IMG/VR virus record: IMGVR_UViG_3300044568_003163
Coordinates: 62,001 to 126,000 of that record
Length of the DNA: 64,000 bases
Strand: one strand, 5' to 3'
Every line of letters begins with the position of its first letter. The first letter of the stretch is position 1. The notes under the pieces were generated by a model, which made no database searches, was not told where the DNA came from, and saw only the letters and a list, made by a program, of their open reading frames with translations. The position numbers and the translations under genes are program-made. Shown one piece after another: positions 25,128 through 35,835 of the stretch.

Positions 25128-25857
25128 GTGATGGCATTATTAAGGTTCTTACTTTGTGTACTTTATATGGGTAAATAATTTTGATTAAGAAAGCTGAGAT
25201 TTTAGCAAAAGACCTATCGTCTTTATAATTGTAATGGATGCAATCAATATAACCTAAGCATTTTTTTAAATCCTCAACTTTGGGTTTGTCAGTGTTCATT
25301 AAGTTTTTATAGGCCACATTAAATTCTCGCAAATAATAACTTACCATTCGATGAGTAGGCATAATGTTAACATAACCATCACCATCCTTTTTCCACCATT
25401 CAAATCGATAAGAAAATTTCTTTGGTAGGTATTGCAATTCTAAAGGATAGTTATAACCTTTCTCTCTAGGTTCAACCTTCAATTTATATTTTCCTAGTTT
25501 GAAGGTTTTTTTTCTAGCGGCAATTGCAGATTTGCCTATATTGTAATGATGTTCCCACGAATTCAATGCATAATACATTCCAGATTGGCTTAATTGCTCT
25601 ATTGCTCTATGAGCCTCAGTCCAAGTAACGTTCATCGGTAATTTAGAAGAGTCAATATACATTCCACCATCTTCAATCCAAGAAGCATGCAATTGATGAG
25701 CCAAACACGTTGCGTCAGGACATTGATAGCCATCCTTTAACGAAGGTGTGCCATTAGGATTACATACGTGGTCAGATAAGTCTTCATATCTTTCTTGATG
25801 AGTTATCTCTAATGTTGACGAACATATTGGACACTGCAATTCTTTATTTGTTTCCAT
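25120..25857 (-). CDS. Zn-ribbon-containing hypothetical protein
   Basis: CPIC and CxxxxC motifs. Confidence 0.6.
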   Translation of the reverse strand: METNKELQCPICSSTLEITHQERYEDLSDHVCNPNGTPSLKDGYQCPDATCLAHQLHASWIEDGGMYIDSSKLPMNVTWTEAHRAIEQLSQSGMYYALNSWEHHYNIGKSAIAARKKTFKLGKYKLKVEPREKGYNYPLELQYLPKKFSYRFEWWKKDGDGYVNIMPTHRMVSYYLREFNVAYKNLMNTDKPKVEDLKKCLGYIDCIHYNYKDDRSFAKISAFLIKIIYPYKVHKVRTLIMPSHE

Positions 25858-26019
25858 GATTGTCTTTTTTGTTTTGTTCTCTTAATTTTTCTCCTATTGA
25901 TGTGTTGCCATAAAAGCCATCAAAAAACATTTCTCCACCTTCGTTTCCTATGCATTGAAGTGCACATACGATTAGAAAGGCTATTATAATACCAAATCCT
26001 ATGGTAAAGAAGGTTTCCA

Positions 26020-26568
26020 TTATTGAATTTCAAAAATTTCTTCTAAATAATCCCATAGTGGCTGAGTGTAATGCCCATCAGCATGTAACATTTTTTTGAA
26101 GTGTGCATGTTCTTTTTTGTATTTAGCAAACATAGAACTTCCAGTCATTTTAGAATATTGAGCATTCGCAATTCTATCACATAATTTAACATAAACCGCG
26201 TGTGGAGTTTCATAGATGTCTTTGTAAATAAAATCAGGCATTCTTTCTTCTCGGTCTCTGCCTCTGCCGTAGTTAGTACAAGCTCTTACGATTTCAGCAG
26301 TCATTTTGTTAGTTTGACGTAATACGCTGTTGTAGTTTTCTCTTGCATCTTCGATTAAGTCATGACAATAGCAGGCAGCAATAACCGAATCTACATCAGA
26401 ATCTGGCAAAACGTGCATAAATTTCATACCGTTATTAGCTACCATTCGCAAATGGAATTCATAAGGCAAATACTCGTCATACATATGGTTTGTACCGGCA
26501 TGAGTAGCAATTGCGTAGTTTTTTGCATTTGTAATAAAAATGCTCGGAAATATTCTTGAAGTTTTCAT
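26020..26568 (-). CDS. HD-domain hydrolase (RelA/SpoT hydrolase/Mesh1-like)
   Basis: PY.FH, HDLIED, VKLCDRIAN. Confidence 0.85.
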   Translation of the reverse strand: MKTSRIFPSIFITNAKNYAIATHAGTNHMYDEYLPYEFHLRMVANNGMKFMHVLPDSDVDSVIAACYCHDLIEDARENYNSVLRQTNKMTAEIVRACTNYGRGRDREERMPDFIYKDIYETPHAVYVKLCDRIANAQYSKMTGSSMFAKYKKEHAHFKKMLHADGHYTQPLWDYLEEIFEIQ

Positions 26569-26572
26569 AGTC

Positions 26573-27040
26573 TTAAATTATAGTGTCAATATAAGGTTTC
26601 TTCCATTCCATCCATGGTAGGGTCTCCGAATCTAATTCTCTGAAAACTTTCCAATACTGGAAGAATTTTCTTTCGGAATTATCTTTATAGAATTTCTTTA
26701 ATCGATCATGTTCGTCCATGATTTCTTTTTGGTGCATGATTTTTGATCGTAATTCAGTAATCTTTTCAGGTAAAACTAATAGCGCTTCAACTGCTTCAGC
26801 TGTTGATAATTGTTTACATGCTAAATCAACGATAAGCTCTTTTAAACCTTCACCTCTTTGAATTAACTCATTGATTTTAGGAACCATTTCGTTATGACGT
26901 TCTTTAGCAGCTTCTCGAATTTTATCAAAGTTTTCGTATCTTTCTTGTAGTTCTTTGTCATTAAAATCTTCCATGAATAAATCATAGATTTTTTCAAATG
27001 CGGTTTTCTCTACCTTGGTTTTCTTATTCTTAGTTTCCAT
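26573..27040 (-). CDS. hypothetical coiled-coil protein
   Basis: ORF track. Confidence 0.6.
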   Translation of the reverse strand: METKNKKTKVEKTAFEKIYDLFMEDFNDKELQERYENFDKIREAAKERHNEMVPKINELIQRGEGLKELIVDLACKQLSTAEAVEALLVLPEKITELRSKIMHQKEIMDEHDRLKKFYKDNSERKFFQYWKVFRELDSETLPWMEWKKPYIDTII

Positions 27041-27058
27041 ATTGATTTTATTTATAAG

Positions 27059-27116
27059 ACAAATATAACAAAAAGCCTCGATACATGGAAATGTCGAGGC
27101 TTAAAGTTATTAACAA
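27059..27116 (-). promoter_or_regulatory. class I promoter cassette with embedded hairpin
   Basis: Box at 27106; offset 46. Confidence 0.75.
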
Positions 27117-27117
27117 A

Positions 27118-27618
27118 TTATAGATTAGGGAATTCTAACTTTTTGATTCCGAGATTTTCGAGAACCTCTTTCCAATTAGCAGCATTTGGCATTCCAAAGT
27201 GAATGTGCTTGCCATCGAAATCTGCAACACCATTAGCAATTCTATCGTCAACTAAATAATCACCTTTTACTAGGCCTTTGTTATGACAGAGAATTAATTT
27301 CTTATTAGCAGATTTACCAAAATGCTCTTCAACCCATTTTCTTTTTTCTGCCCAAGCTTCTGGATTAGACCAAGGTGGAGTTGATAAAATATAGGTCTCG
27401 AATTTATCTTGGAGTAAATGCCAAGCTTCGATTGCACCTTCAATAGGCTCTAAGTTTTTATAAGCGTTTGGATGTTTAAATAAACGATGTCCTTTAATAC
27501 CTTCGTTTTCTTCGAGTTCCTTAGCTCGTTTATCAAAATCACATAACACTCCGTCCATATCAATGTACATGATAGGTTTGCTAGTTTTTAAGCTAGCTCT
27601 TAAATAATCTTTTTGCAT
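27118..27618 (-). CDS. 5'(3')-deoxyribonucleotidase (NT5C, HAD)
   Basis: DMDGVLCDF, EK..W, GDYLVDD. Confidence 0.9.
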   Translation of the reverse strand: MQKDYLRASLKTSKPIMYIDMDGVLCDFDKRAKELEENEGIKGHRLFKHPNAYKNLEPIEGAIEAWHLLQDKFETYILSTPPWSNPEAWAEKRKWVEEHFGKSANKKLILCHNKGLVKGDYLVDDRIANGVADFDGKHIHFGMPNAANWKEVLENLGIKKLEFPNL

Positions 27619-27685
27619 TTACGTTAACATATTAAGGATTACCACTACGACAATTCCAATTATTCCTATTATAAATTTTCTCATT

Positions 27686-28018
27686 TTATTGTGTATAAAA
27701 AGACTTGACTTTCTTTACATAACCCTGTTTGTAACCAACGATAGTTCCTTCGTCATTTTCATCATAATTCCAAGTAGGAACTGGTTCAGTATTAAGATAT
27801 GAACGTAAATCTCGATGATGCACTTTCCCATGAATTGCATTGTGTGCAGGATGAGATTCAATAAAAGCACCATCCATACGGTTCCAAAGAACTACTGCCT
27901 GATGTGGCTTTCCAGTTTCCCAAGGCAACCAAACCTCTACGGTATCTCCAGCATAAATCATATTACCGTAAGAATCTCTGCCAACCCAATATGCTTTCTT
28001 GTAGTTTCTAATTGTCAT
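27686..28018 (-). CDS. YopX-like hypothetical protein
   Basis: G.DSYG..IYAGD motif. Confidence 0.45.
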   Translation of the reverse strand: MTIRNYKKAYWVGRDSYGNMIYAGDTVEVWLPWETGKPHQAVVLWNRMDGAFIESHPAHNAIHGKVHHRDLRSYLNTEPVPTWNYDENDEGTIVGYKQGYVKKVKSFYTQ

Positions 28019-28400
28019 ACTTCCATTTTAGTCGTAAATATTCCTTTCTTTCCTTTTCCTCTTCTTTCTCTTTGGCTATTTTAGCAGTAGCTTCCTTGAT
28101 TTGTCTAGCAGTTTCATTGGCCTGTTCAATAAGAATTTTTGCATCTTCAAGAATTTCTTCATCAGACATAAACAAATAATCTGATTTAAAATTCATTGAA
28201 GTTGAATCATAACTACCTCGGAAATATTCATTAGTGTTCAATGAAACTGAATTATCGTAGAAATACAATTCACCGGTATCAGCAAACATTTCCCACATTT
28301 GAAAATTTAATTTGTTTAGAATTTTTGATATTTCGTAAGCTCGTTTCTCTAAAGTTTCTTGATAGCTAATGTGATTTAAGTAATTTTCTTTCGTTATCAT
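28008..28400 (-). CDS. hypothetical protein
   Basis: ORF track. Confidence 0.6.
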   Translation of the reverse strand: MITKENYLNHISYQETLEKRAYEISKILNKLNFQMWEMFADTGELYFYDNSVSLNTNEYFRGSYDSTSMNFKSDYLFMSDEEILEDAKILIEQANETARQIKEATAKIAKEKEEEKERKEYLRLKWKYDN

Positions 28401-28408
28401 ATTTAATA

Positions 28409-29032
28409 TTAGTTAGCTAAACTTCTAAGTTTAGATATTAATTCATCTCTTTCTTTTATATAGTCTCTGGTATCAAAAGTTTCATCGTCGATTAAACGAA
28501 AATCTTCCCAAATATAATTACATTCTTCAAAATCTACAATCTTTTGATTTTCGATTAATTGAATTCCAAAATGTAAAATTCTGAGTGCGTGAAATATTCC
28601 TTTTTTGGCCGAATGTTTCCAATCATCTTTAGCTTGCAAATCGGCAATATGCCAAGAGTTAGAAGCCTTTGTAATGATTTTCTTTATCATTTCTTTATTG
28701 TTCCATTTAGAGACTTTGAATGGCCAGTTAGCTTGAATAACATTTTCTTCAGGAAGTGACAAACATTCTAATGCTGAAATATCATAGTTGTTAATGGCAT
28801 CGATAAATCCACTTCTCGAATAAAGAACTCCTTGAATGGTTCGAGTTTTATTTGATATTGCATTTTGTTTGAATGCTCCACTTTTTAACATCGAACCTTT
28901 CGTGACAATGATGTAATCATGGTCAGAGTCTTCATTTGCCGTACCATAAATTCGGCTACCATATTCATAAATGTTTAGCACATCTTCATCGATACGAAGT
29001 TCGGCTAAAATTCTTTCTGCTTCGGTTACCAT
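28409..29032 (-). CDS. Pol-beta-superfamily nucleotidyltransferase
   Basis: YGSRIYGTANEDSDHD, HALR. Confidence 0.85.
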   Translation of the reverse strand: MVTEAERILAELRIDEDVLNIYEYGSRIYGTANEDSDHDYIIVTKGSMLKSGAFKQNAISNKTRTIQGVLYSRSGFIDAINNYDISALECLSLPEENVIQANWPFKVSKWNNKEMIKKIITKASNSWHIADLQAKDDWKHSAKKGIFHALRILHFGIQLIENQKIVDFEECNYIWEDFRLIDDETFDTRDYIKERDELISKLRSLAN

Positions 29033-29283
29033 GATATTGTATGATAGTCTTGTTCTCTCGGATCTCTAAAATCTCCTTGATTTAGCTTAACAACAAATCC
29101 TCTAGATTCTAATTCTCTCTTCGTCAAGTTATCTAATGAAATAAAAACATTAGCCGACATTTTATTTTCTCTAACTGCAGCTTCAATAAGAGTTTGACAT
29201 TTTTGCAATTGAAGTTTTACCTTTTCTCCTAATACTGCGGTTGCTTTTGTTCTGCACATTTGTGCTGTAAAATTACTGTCCAT
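29026..29283 (-). CDS. hypothetical protein
   Basis: ORF track. Confidence 0.6.
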   Translation of the reverse strand: MDSNFTAQMCRTKATAVLGEKVKLQLQKCQTLIEAAVRENKMSANVFISLDNLTKRELESRGFVVKLNQGDFRDPREQDYHTISW

Positions 29284-30026
29284 TATTTTGCGTGTTTAAA
29301 TGTTGGGTTTAACCAAAGTCCATTAGCAAATATTAATGCTAATAAACCCGGAATTTGATTTTGGTCGATAGAAGTTAACAACTTAATAGTTGCAACGGTA
29401 TCGTGTTTCATCATTTTGAAAAGTTCTTCTCGGATTCTTTCTCCACTAACAGTAGTTCTTAATTTCTCAAGAATTTCTTCTTGTTCCATAGCTTGAAAAA
29501 TTGTGTGATGAATAAGAAATCCTTTAGTGATAGAAAATCTAATAGCTCTTAAGATTCTTAATGGATCGTCCATCATAGTTATCTTAGCATCTAGTGGAGT
29601 TCTTAAGATTTTCATTTCTAAATCTTCTTGACCGTTGAATAAATCGATAATGTTACCATCTACATCTTCAGCCATTGCATTTAGTGTAAAATCTCTTCGC
29701 ATAAGGTCATCTTCAAGAGTACCTAATTCTAGAATAGGTCTTCTAGTTCCTTCCATGTAACCAATTTCTTTTCTGGCCATTACAAAATCAGCATCTAACT
29801 TAGCGAACTTATGATCGGTTGGAAATTTAGCTCGGATAGTAAACATTTCCGGAACAGAAAGAAAGATAGTAAATCCTTGATCAGTCATCCATTTTTCCAT
29901 TTCAGCAAATCCACTTTCTACTGTTTGGTCTAAATTATCGAGTACAAAAGTAAAATCGATATCCTTAGAATTGATTCCTAGGAATGCGTCTCTTACGCAA
30001 CCTCCTACTTTGAATATCTTTGGCAT
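29283..30026 (-). CDS. cca: CCA-adding tRNA nucleotidyltransferase
   Basis: VGGCVRD, DID, RRDFTLNAM, DDPLRILRAIRF, ERI.EE. Confidence 0.9.
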   Translation of the reverse strand: MPKIFKVGGCVRDAFLGINSKDIDFTFVLDNLDQTVESGFAEMEKWMTDQGFTIFLSVPEMFTIRAKFPTDHKFAKLDADFVMARKEIGYMEGTRRPILELGTLEDDLMRRDFTLNAMAEDVDGNIIDLFNGQEDLEMKILRTPLDAKITMMDDPLRILRAIRFSITKGFLIHHTIFQAMEQEEILEKLRTTVSGERIREELFKMMKHDTVATIKLLTSIDQNQIPGLLALIFANGLWLNPTFKHAK

Positions 30027-30050
30027 AATTATGTAGTTTTAATTTATAAG

Positions 30051-30107
30051 ACAAATATAACAAAAAAACTCGATACTTGGAAATATCGAGTCGAAAGTTA
30101 TTAACAA
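30051..30107 (-). promoter_or_regulatory. class I promoter cassette with embedded hairpin
   Basis: Box at 30097; offset 45. Confidence 0.75.
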
Positions 30108-30114
30108 TTTAACG

Positions 30115-32889
30115 TTAACCTACTCCTCCTGCACCAAGTTTTCTAGGTGGCATGTTGGTAAATATCCATCCTGAGCCAGCAGTCGAAATTGCTTGATTAT
30201 TGACACTATTAAGTCCAGCATACCACGTATTAGTAGAAGGTGTTGCAATGCAATGTTGAATATTTAAGTAGTCACAATTTACTACGCCTAAAGGTGATTT
30301 TACGAGGTTAAACCCATTTACAGTATTTCCACTATTTAAAGTTATTAAATTACCAGGTGAGCCATTAACTACGAAATTACCTACGGTGAAAGTACCACCT
30401 TGTGAAAATAATAAAGAATGAGCGGCAGTTCCTATATCAATAAAATTAACACATGATAAAGTCGTGTTTATACCACAAGATCCAGTACTTCCGGCTCTGT
30501 TCCATTGTAATGTATAATATAAAGCGTTAGTTCCTCCTGAGAAATTAACAGAATTTGATGATGAATTCGTTATATTAATTGTTGCAGTTCCTCCATTAAA
30601 AGTTAAATTTGTGGAGTTTACATTCCAAACAGTACCAGTTCCAGTAATTGTCCAAGTACCACTGCCCATTGATATGTATCTCACACCAGTACCAGCGGCG
30701 GCAAAAGTTCCTAAATTATAATTACGAGATCCTTCAGTTATTATGCTTCCTATAGCAAGAGTTAATGTACCACTAACATTCAATGTACCATATGATTGTA
30801 AATTGCCATTTGATATGTTAAGAGTTGGTGTTGTTAGTGTACTATAATAAAGTAAAGAACTCGGAGATGTAGCGTTAGATAATGTTATAGACGATGTTAC
30901 GTTAGCGTTTCCTGTAAATAATACAGCTCCTTGGGCAGAATGAGTTAGAGTTGCAATCGATGCAATTCCAGTAACTTCAACCGAATTACCAAATCCTAAT
31001 ACGCTATTATTTAAAAGCATAGTACCGCTTAGAGTTAAAGAAGAATAAAAATATGTAGTATTACATGCGGTTGAAGTAAATGCCGTACCAGTAAAAGGTC
31101 CGTTAAAATAAACATATGCCGCTGAAGTAACCAGAAATGCAGCATTAGAAGAAAATCCGTCAAAATCTATCATTAACGTATTAGGTCCAGTTACGGAATC
31201 AGTTATTGTAACTGGACCCGTTACGAGAGATTTACCATTTAATGTTACGTATGCTTGATTGGAGCCAGAACCTAATACTGCAAATCCATTAAATATCATA
31301 GTAGGTGTTAATGTTGGAGTTCCTGCCGAAGCTGCAATAGTTAAATTACTACCTATGGTTAAAGTTTGACCTGCCGCATTCGACCAGATTGCGTTTGTAC
31401 CAGAAGAGAATTCTAAAGATTTAATTGTAGCAGTCGAAAATGAAACTGCAGCTCCTCCAGTATTTGTAACATAAATATCAAAGAGACCAGTAGTAGAAGC
31501 TGCTAAAGTTATAGTCGAGCCACCAGAACCACCTAAATAAACTCCGATTTGAGGATAAAAAACTGTATTAAATGATAATGTTCGAGCGACTGATAAAGAA
31601 CTAATAAGATAAACATTATTGATACCTACCGTTAGATTAGCGTTTGTAGCAGAACTAATTAAGGTTCCAGAACCTGATAGATATAAATCATTCGTTAATA
31701 TTGATCGTGGATTTGAGTTAGAACTGGATATAGCACCACAATAAATATCTCCGCCGCTTCCTGTTGTATCTATGGTGCCATTTGTAAGTATAATGCTAGC
31801 AGTTGTAATAAGACTTCCTACAGTTACGATTATTCCGGTAGCATCTGAACCACTAACGGTTATTGCGGAAGTGAAAGATTTATTATATTGATTAGATAAA
31901 TAAAAGGCCTGCACTGCCGTTGGGTTATTAATAGCAATTGGCGGTGATGCGGTGATGGTCATGGCAGAATTAAAAGAAATCGCACCATAATCGCTATTAA
32001 ATGTCATAGTGGATGTACCATTATTCCAATTCATATTTGGCGTTACTCCAGGAGAAGCATATACACCCCAATCAAAATTTTGATACATTGTGGTAGTACC
32101 AAAGTTAATTGATGCGCCACCGGTATTATGACAATAAAAATCATAGAAGTTACCGTTTGCAGTATATGAACCAGTTCCGTTTCCGGTTATATGAAAACTT
32201 ACTTTAAAAGTTCCTCCATATGAGACACTCGCAGTTGTTACCGTATTTGTTATAGTTTTAGTATCCGATGATGTATTTGTAACTTTTACGACAGATCCAT
32301 CGTTCCAACTAAAATTAGTTCCCGACACGTTCCAAACCGTTCCAGAACCGGTCACTGACATTTCATTAAGTTGAATAGTTCTTTCGACCGATCCAGCCGA
32401 AGCAAAACGACCAACGGATACATTGATACCAGGAGAATTTAGTACGATAGCTCCACCACTTAATGTTAGAGTTGCCGTTGGGGACATTGTAAAATTATCG
32501 TAAAAATTCAATACTCCGTTTATTGTGCTAACTGTAATATTAAATGTTACTATTTTTCCGTTAGATATAAAAGCAGAAAATCCGGTAGTTGTTGCAGTTC
32601 CTGTCCACGTAAGTCCCATTGAGGAACCTAAAACTATTGCATTATTACATGATACGTTTGCAGTGCCTGCTAATGTACCAGTAAATCCTGTACAATCAAG
32701 AGTTTGAAATGAGGAAGCAAGTGCGATAGTTAATGTACCTGAGCCTGATTCAGCGGTTAAATAAACATCGTCTGCTATAGTTGGTACAGTAGTAGTCCCT
32801 AGAGTACCACCTGGTCCATTATACCAGTTTGCTGCAGTTGACCACAATCCACTCCCGTTACCCGCTACATACCAATACTTAGCTGCCAT
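30115..32889 (-). CDS. large G/S/T/N-rich beta-solenoid protein (fibre/adhesin-like)
   Basis: 924 aa; internally repeated G.GTVWN and S..R.I units. Confidence 0.65.
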   Translation of the reverse strand: MAAKYWYVAGNGSGLWSTAANWYNGPGGTLGTTTVPTIADDVYLTAESGSGTLTIALASSFQTLDCTGFTGTLAGTANVSCNNAIVLGSSMGLTWTGTATTTGFSAFISNGKIVTFNITVSTINGVLNFYDNFTMSPTATLTLSGGAIVLNSPGINVSVGRFASAGSVERTIQLNEMSVTGSGTVWNVSGTNFSWNDGSVVKVTNTSSDTKTITNTVTTASVSYGGTFKVSFHITGNGTGSYTANGNFYDFYCHNTGGASINFGTTTMYQNFDWGVYASPGVTPNMNWNNGTSTMTFNSDYGAISFNSAMTITASPPIAINNPTAVQAFYLSNQYNKSFTSAITVSGSDATGIIVTVGSLITTASIILTNGTIDTTGSGGDIYCGAISSSNSNPRSILTNDLYLSGSGTLISSATNANLTVGINNVYLISSLSVARTLSFNTVFYPQIGVYLGGSGGSTITLAASTTGLFDIYVTNTGGAAVSFSTATIKSLEFSSGTNAIWSNAAGQTLTIGSNLTIAASAGTPTLTPTMIFNGFAVLGSGSNQAYVTLNGKSLVTGPVTITDSVTGPNTLMIDFDGFSSNAAFLVTSAAYVYFNGPFTGTAFTSTACNTTYFYSSLTLSGTMLLNNSVLGFGNSVEVTGIASIATLTHSAQGAVLFTGNANVTSSITLSNATSPSSLLYYSTLTTPTLNISNGNLQSYGTLNVSGTLTLAIGSIITEGSRNYNLGTFAAAGTGVRYISMGSGTWTITGTGTVWNVNSTNLTFNGGTATINITNSSSNSVNFSGGTNALYYTLQWNRAGSTGSCGINTTLSCVNFIDIGTAAHSLLFSQGGTFTVGNFVVNGSPGNLITLNSGNTVNGFNLVKSPLGVVNCDYLNIQHCIATPSTNTWYAGLNSVNNQAISTAGSGWIFTNMPPRKLGAGGVG

Positions 32890-32896
32890 ATTAAAA

Positions 32897-33259
32897 TTAT
32901 GTTATAGGATCTTCAGAAGGAGGAGTTTCTTCGATAGGAGTTTCTTCGATAGGAGTTTCTTCGATAGGAGTTTCTTCGATAGGAGTTTCTTCGATAGGAG
33001 TTTCTTCTATGATTGCTCGAGTTAAATTCAATTGAGCTATCACATAATCTTCGAGTACTGAATCATCCGTACCCCATTGCAAAACTATTTCATGAGGAAT
33101 TATCATAGATCCTTCGAAGGTTTTATCATCACCTATTAATTTCCAAAATACTTCAACAGTATCTGGAAAAAGAGGAAATGAATTAACTGTTACCTCTAGT
33201 GAATCTATATTCCACCCTAAAGGATATGTGAAAGTAGAAATTGGTTGAATATTTGCCAT
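32897..33259 (-). CDS. hypothetical virion-associated protein with (IEETP)n tail
   Basis: ORF track. Confidence 0.6.
   Translation of the reverse strand: MANIQPISTFTYPLGWNIDSLEVTVNSFPLFPDTVEVFWKLIGDDKTFEGSMIIPHEIVLQWGTDDSVLEDYVIAQLNLTRAIIEETPIEETPIEETPIEETPIEETPIEETPPSEDPIT
32921..33010. repeat. 15-bp tandem repeat x6 (AGGAGTTTCTTCGAT)
   Basis: Directly visible; in frame. Confidence 0.95.
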
Positions 33260-33261
33260 CG

Positions 33262-33708
33262 TTATTTATAGAATATGTTTATGTTTAAATCGTTTAATGC
33301 TACTGCAACTGTATCGGTGTCAGCTATTCCAGTAGTTGTAGATATTGCAATTCCAGTAGAAAAATTAATACCTGCTGGATATGATACGTTTGCTCCTGAT
33401 AAAGGTGGAATAACTACCGAAAAATAAACCGATGCTCCGGCTGTAGGTGTACCCGCATTATTATGAAAGGCAACTTTTCTAGCAGAACCATTGTTATTAT
33501 AGATGTACCATCCAGTTACTTTCCCGGCACTAGATTTTATATTTGTTAGATTAGTTGAGGCAGCAGAAACTAGGTGAAATGCCGTAGCTCCACCAGTAGC
33601 AACCTCTTGTAAGGAAACATTTACCGTTGATTGATCTGGAGCTATAACAACCGGAGAAGAATTCGCTGAAGCCGTTGGTCCATTTGGATTATTAGGATTG
33701 TATGCCAT
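33262..33708 (-). CDS. putative virion structural/decoration protein
   Basis: Beta-rich; GI.FSTGI motif; fibre-module context. Confidence 0.5.
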   Translation of the reverse strand: MAYNPNNPNGPTASANSSPVVIAPDQSTVNVSLQEVATGGATAFHLVSAASTNLTNIKSSAGKVTGWYIYNNNGSARKVAFHNNAGTPTAGASVYFSVVIPPLSGANVSYPAGINFSTGIAISTTTGIADTDTVAVALNDLNINIFYK

Positions 33709-33721
33709 TTTATTTTTTATT

Positions 33722-34879
33722 TTATATTACCCACCAGTTTGCGTTATCTGAAACTAAAGTAATTGATTCATATATTTTGTTTATTACTGCAGTAAGTCCA
33801 TCATCTATCGTTTGAGTAGAAAATGCATCAACAGTAATTGGTGGAGTACCATCTATTTTTTTAATTACTAATGTTGAAGTATTATCAATTGCAGTAGGTA
33901 GATTAACTTGAAAAGCTCCTCCAGAAGTATTACATTTTAAAATAAAGGTTCCTGCAGTTGCACTTATATTATATGTAGTAGATGCAGAATCAATTACATA
34001 ACCGCTAACACCTCCTGTTCCAGCAGGACCGGTAGCACCTTGAGGACCAGTAGCACCAACTGGACCGGTTATACCAATTCCGGTAGCTCCATTAAGACCA
34101 TCGTTTCCAGTAGGTCCAGTAGGTCCATTAAGGCCAGTAGGTCCAGTTTGACCTACTCCAGTAGCACCAGTAATTCCGATAAGACCAGTAGCACCGATAG
34201 GACCTTGAAGTCCAGTAGCACCAGTTTGTCCATTATTACCAGTAGGACCTTGAAGTCCAGTAGCACCAGTAGGACCTTGAAGTCCAGTAGCACCAGTAGG
34301 ACCTTGAAGTCCAGTAGCACCAGTTTGTCCATTATTACCGGTAGAACCTTGAATTCCAGTAGAACCAGTTTGTCCATCGTTTCCAGTAGGACCTATTCCA
34401 CCAGTCATTCCAATAGCTCCAGTTTGTCCATCATTTCCGGTAGCACCTTGAAGGCCATTGTTTCCGGTAGGACCAGTAGCTCCGGCTACACCAGGATTTC
34501 CTGTAGCACCAGTAGCTCCAATTTGACCATCATTTCCTGTAGCACCAGTAAGACCGATTTGACCATCATTTCCAGTAGGACCGGTAGGTCCAGTTACACC
34601 TGCACCGGTTGGACCGATTTGTCCATTATTTCCAGTAGGACCGGTAGGTCCTTGAATTCCAGTAGCTCCGGTTTCACCAGCACCAGTAGAACCAGTAGCA
34701 CCTTTATTTCCGTCTACCCCTGTAGGACCGGTAGCTCCTGTTTGACCTCTACTTGCTTGTAAAGTTATAGGATTACCGAGTCCATCATAATAATTTCCGT
34801 TTCCGTCTGTTTGTAAAAGATTACCAAAAGAGTTTGATACGAACTGATTGGTTAAATCAAAATCTTGATTTTGTGGCAT
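33722..34879 (-). CDS. collagen-like (Gly-X-Y) fibre protein
   Basis: About 245 aa of GPT/GAT/GQT repeats plus a C-terminal domain. Confidence 0.9.
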   Translation of the reverse strand: MPQNQDFDLTNQFVSNSFGNLLQTDGNGNYYDGLGNPITLQASRGQTGATGPTGVDGNKGATGSTGAGETGATGIQGPTGPTGNNGQIGPTGAGVTGPTGPTGNDGQIGLTGATGNDGQIGATGATGNPGVAGATGPTGNNGLQGATGNDGQTGAIGMTGGIGPTGNDGQTGSTGIQGSTGNNGQTGATGLQGPTGATGLQGPTGATGLQGPTGNNGQTGATGLQGPIGATGLIGITGATGVGQTGPTGLNGPTGPTGNDGLNGATGIGITGPVGATGPQGATGPAGTGGVSGYVIDSASTTYNISATAGTFILKCNTSGGAFQVNLPTAIDNTSTLVIKKIDGTPPITVDAFSTQTIDDGLTAVINKIYESITLVSDNANWWVI

Positions 34880-34881
34880 TG

Positions 34882-35418
34882 TTATCTAATATTAGAAATT
34901 CTAACTCCAACTTTTGGTGCGGTCTCAACCGATTCCGTAACCTTAACCGTTACTTTCTTAGAGCTAGTAGCTACAAAAGTATCTTCCCAAGGATTAAATA
35001 CCATGTCATCAGCTATAACTTCAAGTTTTATTTTTCCTATCTCATTTTCTAACAGAAAATTCATTTTACGTAAAGGTATTTCACAATGTCCTTTATCGTC
35101 AATAGTACCTTCAAACATATAAGTCATATCCTTACTTTCAATAATAACTCTAGCCTTACTATTTGCTGGATTAGCTCCTGATATTTCCATATCACAAATA
35201 AACGTTTCAGTTTTATCTCTAAATACTTTATATCCGGTAACAGGTTCTTCAACTATAGGTGTGATAGATTCCTGTATTTTTTGAGGTTCTCTGATTGGTG
35301 GAGTATTGATTTCCGGCTTTTCATCGATAACAACCGTTTCTAATACAGGTTCGTTTTCAATGGATTCGGTAGATCTTTCTTTAGCTAATTTAGCCATGAA
35401 TGTTTCGAAACTTTCCAT
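34882..35418 (-). CDS. hypothetical protein
   Basis: ORF track. Confidence 0.6.
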   Translation of the reverse strand: MESFETFMAKLAKERSTESIENEPVLETVVIDEKPEINTPPIREPQKIQESITPIVEEPVTGYKVFRDKTETFICDMEISGANPANSKARVIIESKDMTYMFEGTIDDKGHCEIPLRKMNFLLENEIGKIKLEVIADDMVFNPWEDTFVATSSKKVTVKVTESVETAPKVGVRISNIR

Positions 35419-35436
35419 TTAGTGTGTTGCTTTTTG

Positions 35437-35805
35437 TTATATATCCTTCCTACTAATGTGAGTAAGTTTTACTTGCGGTTTAAGGACTTCTTCAATAGTT
35501 CGATCTATTTCAGTCAAAGTCATTACGCATTCAGGATTTCTTTCTTTTAATTGATGAGATGTAATACCATTAACTCTACATATAAGATTGACGAATTTCT
35601 TATATTCTTTACCGGTTAAGGCTTGCTTTACTATTTCCTGTGGCGGCAAATAAACATGCTTAGCTGCCGGATTTGTTAAATTTGCATTTACTCCTCCTAA
35701 TGCATCACGAACTTTTATCGTAATTGCTACATCATCCCATGTATAATATGCACCTATCCATTCCTCATTCAAATTAGACCATTTGAAATATATCTTTTCG
35801 TCCAT
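35437..35805 (-). CDS. hypothetical protein
   Basis: ORF track. Confidence 0.6.
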   Translation of the reverse strand: MDEKIYFKWSNLNEEWIGAYYTWDDVAITIKVRDALGGVNANLTNPAAKHVYLPPQEIVKQALTGKEYKKFVNLICRVNGITSHQLKERNPECVMTLTEIDRTIEEVLKPQVKLTHISRKDI

Positions 35806-35835
35806 TTCTATTATATGTTAATAACTTCAAAAAGA

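Noticed and set aside
32921-34322. 15-bp and 27-bp tandem repeats as a CRISPR array
   Set aside because: No unique spacers; they are in-frame coding repeats; no cas genes
34040-34762. 240-aa Ser/Thr-rich plus-strand ORF and the 34153 alternate frame
   Set aside because: Shadows of the collagen Gly-X-Y repeat
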